Positions 10,391 through 15,704 of a stretch of 42,027 nucleotides of DNA are shown here, in pieces (within the stretch, counting starts at the first letter, position 1; every line of letters begins with the position of its first letter). The stretch is from the NCBI GenBank assembly GCA_036165695.1, contig JAYZIH010000052.1, positions 1 to 42,027 of the forward strand, read 5' to 3'. A program made the position numbers and the translations under genes. This stretch comes from Pseudomonadota bacterium (GTDB taxonomy: Bacteria > Pseudomonadota > Gammaproteobacteria > Poriferisulfidales > GCA-002705445). Under the pieces are notes generated by a model. That model searched no databases and was not told where the DNA came from. It saw nothing but the letters and a program-made list of their open reading frames with translations.

Positions 10391-11296
10391 CTAATCAAAA
10401 ACTGAGTCAGGGATCTCAGTATTACCTGGTCTTTTCTCCCCATCTTGTGTCTCACCGAGGTCATCAAACACAATTTCTTCTTTTACATCTTCATCTGAAA
10501 ATCTTAAATTCTTCTCATCATTCTCAATAATATAATTACTGTCCTTAGATATCGTTAAATCAGAATCGTCAATTTCTCCTCCCAGGGATTCATTATCTAA
10601 GTTAATTTTATTTTTTTGAGCTTTTTCAAAATTAACAATATCTCTAAATGATTCTAATGCGTAATTAAAATCTAGACCTCTTTTAAGAGGAATTTTTGCT
10701 TTATTTTGATTCCTTGATAATCTATCTTCTACTTTTACAGCCAAAACATCTCTATCATATTTAGGCAACCCTTCAAATCCACCAATTATTTCATGAGTTA
10801 TTTCGCCTGTTATTTCTATCATATAAGCGCCAAAGAAAACTCTCTCTCTTCTAGCATCATTTGAAACTTCTACCGTAGATAGCTTAATTGTTGTTCTAAC
10901 GATAGCGCAACCTGTTGTATTAGCCTCTTCATCTCTTGATAAACCTTCTCTTGCACACTCCCGTCCATTATAGGACAGCTCATCTCTGTTTAACTGGATA
11001 TTTTGTGCATTGATAGAAGATCTTAGAAAAACCTGTCTTTCTATTCTCATTCTCTTTAAATACTCAAGATCAGTTTTATCAATATACTCATCTTTAAACG
11101 ATGTATAAGATGATGAATTTGAAGATTTTGATGATAGTTCATCTGAGCACAATTTGGTAATTTGCTCATGGGTAAATCCCTTGTCTAGATAATAAGTTAT
11201 ATCTTCCTTCTTACATTCTGCAAAAACTGAATTACTAAAAATTGCTAGTATAAGAAGAATTATGCTCGATTTTATATCTAAATATTCTTTGTCCAT
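10391..11296 (-). CDS. Hypothetical exported protein (signal peptide, 4 Cys, strongly acidic C-terminal third)
   Basis: 301-aa ORF. The N-terminus ...SSIILLILAIFSNSVFA|ECKK looks like a Sec signal peptide. Mature part has 4 Cys (C-x21-C and C-x15-C). The last ~90 aa are rich in D/E. I recognise no family motif. Lies downstream of the porin terminator on the same strand. Confidence 0.7.
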   Translation of the reverse strand: MDKEYLDIKSSIILLILAIFSNSVFAECKKEDITYYLDKGFTHEQITKLCSDELSSKSSNSSSYTSFKDEYIDKTDLEYLKRMRIERQVFLRSSINAQNIQLNRDELSYNGRECAREGLSRDEEANTTGCAIVRTTIKLSTVEVSNDARRERVFFGAYMIEITGEITHEIIGGFEGLPKYDRDVLAVKVEDRLSRNQNKAKIPLKRGLDFNYALESFRDIVNFEKAQKNKINLDNESLGGEIDDSDLTISKDSNYIIENDEKNLRFSDEDVKEEIVFDDLGETQDGEKRPGNTEIPDSVFD

Positions 11297-11328
11297 AAAT
11301 CAATATTACTATGTTTTATATGTGAGTC

Positions 11329-11357
11329 AAAAAAAACAGGCGCATTAAATGCGCCTG
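11329..11357 (-). terminator. Rho-independent terminator of the porin gene
   Basis: On the minus strand an 8-bp GC-rich stem (CAGGCGCA / TGCGCCTG, 5-nt loop) is followed directly by T8. It lies 29 nt downstream of the porin stop codon. Confidence 0.85.
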
Positions 11358-11385
11358 CTCTTATCTTACTATGTACAAATGTATC

Positions 11386-12711
11386 TTAGAACATTGTTAA
11401 GAAACCTAAAGCAACGATTTCTGTTTCGTTGTTTAATGTTCCTAGACCAACACCACCGATACCTGTACCGTATGAACCATATGTATCGTTACTAACTTCA
11501 ATGTATGATAGTGAAAGTTCAGTAGCTCCACCTAATTGATAGAACATACCAACTAATATTGTTTCACCACCTGTTTCATTTTCATTGTTAGTACTTGCAC
11601 CTGCAACTGTGAAGTCAAGATCATCAGCTTCAGCATACATGAAGCGGAAGTCAAATGGACCACCTGGAGCAAATTTACCAGAAACTAACCATGCATCACG
11701 GTCAAATTCTGGGTTAGATCCAGCTGTTACAGCGTCGATTACAGAAGTACTGAAACCAAAGTCTGCTAAACAGTCAGTAGCACAATCAGTAAATTCATAC
11801 TCGATGTTTTCAAACATTGCAGAGATTGTGAATGATGCACCATCTCCCATGTCAGCTATGTAACGACCAGCAACACGCCATGAAGTAGCTTCTGAATCAC
11901 CCATAGCGTCACCAGCGGTGTCACCTAAGTAAGAAGCAGCCCACTCTTCGTGTTTTTGATATGTTACAGCTAACCAAATTGGGCCATCAGAATATGCAAG
12001 ACCTGTAGAATAAATTACAGGGTCACAGCTTGTGTCTGTAGAACTTGATCTAGAACATCTATGATCGTCTCCATCACCAACTGTGTAAGCAGCTCTGAAT
12101 GAAACTTTGTCAAAAGAACCCATGTATTGGATTATTTCCTCTTGACGTCTGTTGAAACCCATGTTGTAAGCACCTTTTGTAGATGTTTGGTAATCAAACC
12201 CACGGAAATCACCAACATTATAGAAGATAGTGTATGCACCAACAGAACCCATGATGTTTGTATGAGATGCGTTACCAGCATCATACCAAGGGTCTACCCA
12301 TGCAGCTACCATTTCATTATATGGTAATAGCCATGTAGCCATCATAATTTCACCAAATGAACCAGCTAAACCTACTTTAGAGTTACGGTTACACCAACCA
12401 CCTTGGTTACCACCGTAGTCATTTAAGTAAGTAAACTGCTCACAACGCCATGTAACTTTTAAACCATCAATACCTGTGTCAACGAATCCAAGGAAACCAA
12501 TGTTCGCAGCGTTACCTCTGATTTCAGAGTACTCTGTTTGTGAACCTGGTGCCCCTTTTTCGATAAACTCATAGGTATGGTTTTGCCAACCGTAGATTGT
12601 TATTGGATCCCCATAAGGACCAACACCACCTCCACCCCAGCCTGCATTCGCAGCTATAGGTAGCATGGCCAATGCTCCAGCTAGCATACTTGCTAAGATT
12701 TTACTTTTCAT
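11386..12711 (-). CDS. Outer-membrane general porin (Gram-negative porin family), apparently highly expressed
   Basis: 441 aa. Signal peptide MKSKILASMLAGALAMLPIAANA|G. Gly/Asp/Tyr/Asn-rich with an amphipathic beta-strand pattern and a C-terminal ...LGFLTMF (terminal Phe, an OMP signature). AGGAG SD. Prefers C-ending AAC/ATC/TTC codons, unlike its neighbours. Strong terminator downstream. Confidence 0.85.
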   Translation of the reverse strand: MKSKILASMLAGALAMLPIAANAGWGGGGVGPYGDPITIYGWQNHTYEFIEKGAPGSQTEYSEIRGNAANIGFLGFVDTGIDGLKVTWRCEQFTYLNDYGGNQGGWCNRNSKVGLAGSFGEIMMATWLLPYNEMVAAWVDPWYDAGNASHTNIMGSVGAYTIFYNVGDFRGFDYQTSTKGAYNMGFNRRQEEIIQYMGSFDKVSFRAAYTVGDGDDHRCSRSSSTDTSCDPVIYSTGLAYSDGPIWLAVTYQKHEEWAASYLGDTAGDAMGDSEATSWRVAGRYIADMGDGASFTISAMFENIEYEFTDCATDCLADFGFSTSVIDAVTAGSNPEFDRDAWLVSGKFAPGGPFDFRFMYAEADDLDFTVAGASTNNENETGGETILVGMFYQLGGATELSLSYIEVSNDTYGSYGTGIGGVGLGTLNNETEIVALGFLTMF

Positions 12712-12924
12712 TAGGACTCCTAATAATTTTCAATTATTATTATTAGAAGTATATTGACTAAATTTCCTCATAGCTAATATACTCCTCCTCGCTGTTGTCA
12801 CGTCTTATGACTTTTAATTTACTTTCAAGAAGCGGTAAATCAAATTCGCATCCTATGCTTAACAGCACCCACAATTACTTGCAGGGACTATAATTTTGCC
12901 GACTCTTGGCCCTTAAGTCAACGG

Positions 12925-12956
12925 AAAATGCACTAAAATGCACTATTTTGGGCACT
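12925..12956. repeat. Tandem 10-mer AAAATGCACT x2 followed by a third GCACT (spacing 10 and 12 bp)
   Basis: Read directly: aaaatGCACT aaaatGCACT attttggGCACT, with GCACT at 12930-34, 12940-44 and 12952-56. Lies in the porin/lipoprotein divergent spacer. Confidence 0.9.
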
Positions 12957-13141
12957 TTTGAGGGCTTTTTAACCAGAAAAGTATAGTTTTATGACACTTA
13001 TGTAATATTCAGCAAATTGCTTATAAAATCATGTTTCTTCAAAATCATAGAATTATTTCTGGTTTTAATTTTGTTATTTAAACATGTATCATGTAAAAAA
13101 TTTTGCAAGGACATGCATAACAAAACTAAAAAAAAAATTTT

Positions 13142-13927
13142 ATGAAACTCTACAAATTTACATTTATTTTTTTAATAACTTTTCTAATAGCTGGGTGTGC
13201 TGGCGAAGAAATACAAAGAATTTTTGATGAAGGATATACTGGTCATGATGATGAACCGTTAGAAGAAGTATCAACTGATGAAGAATTCGGTGCTCAGGAG
13301 TTTGTTAGCTGTAAAACAGAAATCGAATGCAGTCTTTTATGGGATACCGCAAAAGAGTGGCTACCAAAAGCTAGTGAAAGTTGTGGAACTCTTTCTGTCG
13401 AAACAGAAACAAGACTTGAATGTGCTACAAAATCAAATGTAGACCTTGGTTTTATCGTGCAAAAATTTAAAAATACAGATGGAGGGGCAACAATAAAAAT
13501 AAAAGAAACTTGTAACCTGAAAAAATTTAAGAAAGCTTGCCCTGGAGATCCAATAAGAGATATTTATGCTTTTAATGTTTACTTAAAAGATCATCTGGAA
13601 GCTTTTAGAAAAGGAATTATAACTTATGAACCTCAGCCTAAAATAAATTCTTCATCTTCATCGTCTTCTGATGCGCTTGATATTAGTTTAGATGGAAATG
13701 ATATAGGCAATGATCCACTCAATGTGGAAATAATTGATGGCCCAGAAACAAGATATAAAAAAGTAATCATGGAGTCTCTTGTTGACGAATATAGTTGTAA
13801 TAAAGAAAGCGAAATTCTTCAGATAAAAAAAATCAATAAGCGTGAAATATTCGAAGTTAATTGTATTAAGGAAGTGAAAAGAATGATTTTTGACTGCAGA
13901 CCATCTGGTTGTGAGGTTCTACAATAA
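13142..13927 (+). CDS. Cys-rich lipoprotein (LP1): 6-Cys N-domain, Ser7 linker, 4-Cys C-terminal module
   Basis: 261 aa. Lipobox MKLYKFTFIFLITFLIAG|C (Cys19, +2 Ala) and 10 further Cys. The C-terminal C-x21-C-x10-C-x4-C module is shared with the next gene. No family recognised. Confidence 0.8.
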   Translation: MKLYKFTFIFLITFLIAGCAGEEIQRIFDEGYTGHDDEPLEEVSTDEEFGAQEFVSCKTEIECSLLWDTAKEWLPKASESCGTLSVETETRLECATKSNVDLGFIVQKFKNTDGGATIKIKETCNLKKFKKACPGDPIRDIYAFNVYLKDHLEAFRKGIITYEPQPKINSSSSSSSDALDISLDGNDIGNDPLNVEIIDGPETRYKKVIMESLVDEYSCNKESEILQIKKINKREIFEVNCIKEVKRMIFDCRPSGCEVLQ

Positions 13928-13931
13928 TTTT

Positions 13932-14237
13932 ATGAAATTTAAAAAATTATCATTCATATTATTTTTAACTTTTTTTCTTGCTGGTTGCTCAAGTTTCGAT
14001 GATGTTAAAGGTTGGATGAAAGAGGGAACAAAAGAGCATCGGGACCAGGAAAAAAAGAGCACCAAAGTTGGGAAAACAAAACTAAAAACTTTTCTTGCAA
14101 AAAATCATTGTCGTGACGGTACAAGCGCAAAGATTATTAGCTCGGTTGATGATCGAATGCTATATGAGGTTACTTGTGTTAGAAAGTCCCAAACCTTTAT
14201 AGTTGAGTGTAATGAATTTGGTTGTAAGAAAAACTAG
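13932..14237 (+). CDS. Small Cys-containing lipoprotein (LP2): Lys-rich tether plus the same 4-Cys module
   Basis: The internal ATG at 13932 gives MKFKKLSFILFLTFFLAG|C (Cys19, +2 Ser), 101 aa, starting 4 nt after the LP1 stop. The ORF-track start at 13890 overlaps LP1 and lacks a signal peptide, so I reject it. Confidence 0.75.
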   Translation: MKFKKLSFILFLTFFLAGCSSFDDVKGWMKEGTKEHRDQEKKSTKVGKTKLKTFLAKNHCRDGTSAKIISSVDDRMLYEVTCVRKSQTFIVECNEFGCKKN

Positions 14238-14866
14238 GGTCTGCTTCTTTTACTATTTAGCCATCGAATAATAGGGGCCCAGAGATCCCTGTCGATTTCT
14301 GTCATTGCTGGTCCCATTTCAAAAATTCCAAGACCTCTTTCCGCTGCCTTTATATAGTTCTGGCTATCTCTAATCATTGTTAAAAAAGGTATCTTTTGCT
14401 TTGATAGAAAATCATCTAACTCCCAATAAATATTGGTGTAATCCCTCCCTCTATTAGCCACCAGAGCGATTTTTGCTCTTTTATTTAAGACTCTTGGGTG
14501 GCTTTTTATTAATTTTATAAAATCTGATGCCGCTCTCATGTCGATTGGAGACGGCAAAACGGGAATTATTATACTTTCGGCCATGGACAAAGTTTTTGTT
14601 AATTCTGAACCATGTATGGCTGCTGGGGCATCTATAATCTTTATATCTGTACCTCTTTTTATAGAAGATGTTCTTGGGCCAATTACTCCAGTTATAGGAG
14701 GCTTTGCAGGAGAGCGATTAGATAACCACGAAAGAGCACTTTTTTGCCTATCTAAATCAACCAAAGCAACACTTTTGCCCTTACTTGCATAATAGCTAGC
14801 AAGGTTAGTTGATATGGTAGTTTTGCCAGAACCACCCTTCGAATTCATTACTAATATTGATCGCAC
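14234..14866 (-). CDS. Orphan small ParA/ParF-like (MinD/ParA superfamily) P-loop ATPase
   Basis: 210 aa with a GTG start. Deviant Walker A with the signature Lys (NSKGGSGKTT), Walker A' (VALVDLDRQ) and Walker B (IKIIDAPAA). No N-terminal HTH and no adjacent ParB/ParG-like partner ORF. Sits 67 nt downstream of xthA with no terminator between. Confidence 0.85.
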   Translation of the reverse strand: MRSILVMNSKGGSGKTTISTNLASYYASKGKSVALVDLDRQKSALSWLSNRSPAKPPITGVIGPRTSSIKRGTDIKIIDAPAAIHGSELTKTLSMAESIIIPVLPSPIDMRAASDFIKLIKSHPRVLNKRAKIALVANRGRDYTNIYWELDDFLSKQKIPFLTMIRDSQNYIKAAERGLGIFEMGPAMTEIDRDLWAPIIRWLNSKRSRP

Positions 14867-14933
14867 CCTATTTCTTCTCTTATTTTTTATATTTTTTCTT
14901 TATTTTATCTTTTATAGGACTTTAATTCACCTA

Positions 14934-15704
14934 CTATATAGAAAATTCTGAAATTACAGGCGCATGATCAGAAGGGCGCCCATGCCCTCTTGGTTCAATG
15001 TCTATCCAACTCCTCTTACACTTTTCTGAGAGCTCATTATTTGCAAGCATTAAATCAATGCGTAAACCATTATTTCTTGAAAAAGCCCTTGTTCTATAAT
15101 CCCACCAACTATACAAATTATCGTCTTGGTCAAAGATTCTAAAGCAATCCTTTAGTCCAATTCCCATTATATCTTGCAATGCTTTTCTCTCCTTCTCGCT
15201 ACATAAAATTCTTTCTTTCCATTCTTCCGGCGAATATACATCTCTATCCTCTGGCGCAATATTAAAATCACCTACGATAATATAGTGTTTTGTATTATTA
15301 ATATCCTTTTCGATAAAATTTTGAATAGATTTAAGCCACTTGAGCTTATATTTGTACTTATCACTATCTACAGATTGCCCATTTACAACATACAGATTCA
15401 AAACGGTCAAATCACTTTCATGTCTAGTAAGCAAGATTCTTTTTTCCTCTTGCTCTTTTTTATCAAATTGCTTTATGGTCTCAACAGGGGGGATTTTGCT
15501 CAATGTAGCAACACCATTATATGTTTTTTGTCCGCAGTATTGACAATAATACCCAGCTTCTTTTATCTCATCCAGGGGAAATAATTCATCTGTAACCTTA
15601 GTCTCTTGGATAGCTAAAATATCAATATGGTTTTTTTCCGCCAAATCTAAAACTTGATCAATTCTTACTCGAAGAGAGTTTACATTCCAGCTAGCTATTT
15701 TCAT
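14934..15704 (-). CDS. xthA: Exodeoxyribonuclease III (AP endonuclease)
   Basis: 256 aa. Motifs MKIASWNVNSLR, AIQETK, GDFNIAP and PSDHAPV. Confidence 0.92.
   Translation of the reverse strand: MKIASWNVNSLRVRIDQVLDLAEKNHIDILAIQETKVTDELFPLDEIKEAGYYCQYCGQKTYNGVATLSKIPPVETIKQFDKKEQEEKRILLTRHESDLTVLNLYVVNGQSVDSDKYKYKLKWLKSIQNFIEKDINNTKHYIIVGDFNIAPEDRDVYSPEEWKERILCSEKERKALQDIMGIGLKDCFRIFDQDDNLYSWWDYRTRAFSRNNGLRIDLMLANNELSEKCKRSWIDIEPRGHGRPSDHAPVISEFSI

Noticed and set aside
12807-12893. 28-codon plus-strand ORF (MTFNLLSRSGKSNSHPMLNSTHNYLQGL) in the GC-rich spacer core
   Set aside because: No SD, no signal or motif, and composition typical of a random frame. Kept only as part of the unexplained spacer.
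12909-12970. Possible terminator or sRNA 3' end on the plus strand (GCCCT ... AGGGC followed by TTTTT)
   Set aside because: The stem is only 5 bp and encloses a loop of about 45 nt. This is not a credible intrinsic terminator, and no upstream plus-strand gene needs one.
13890-13931. Upstream start for lipoprotein LP2, overlapping the LP1 3' end
   Set aside because: It would bury the lipoprotein signal peptide 14 residues inside the protein. ATG 13932 gives a canonical signal peptide and lipobox.
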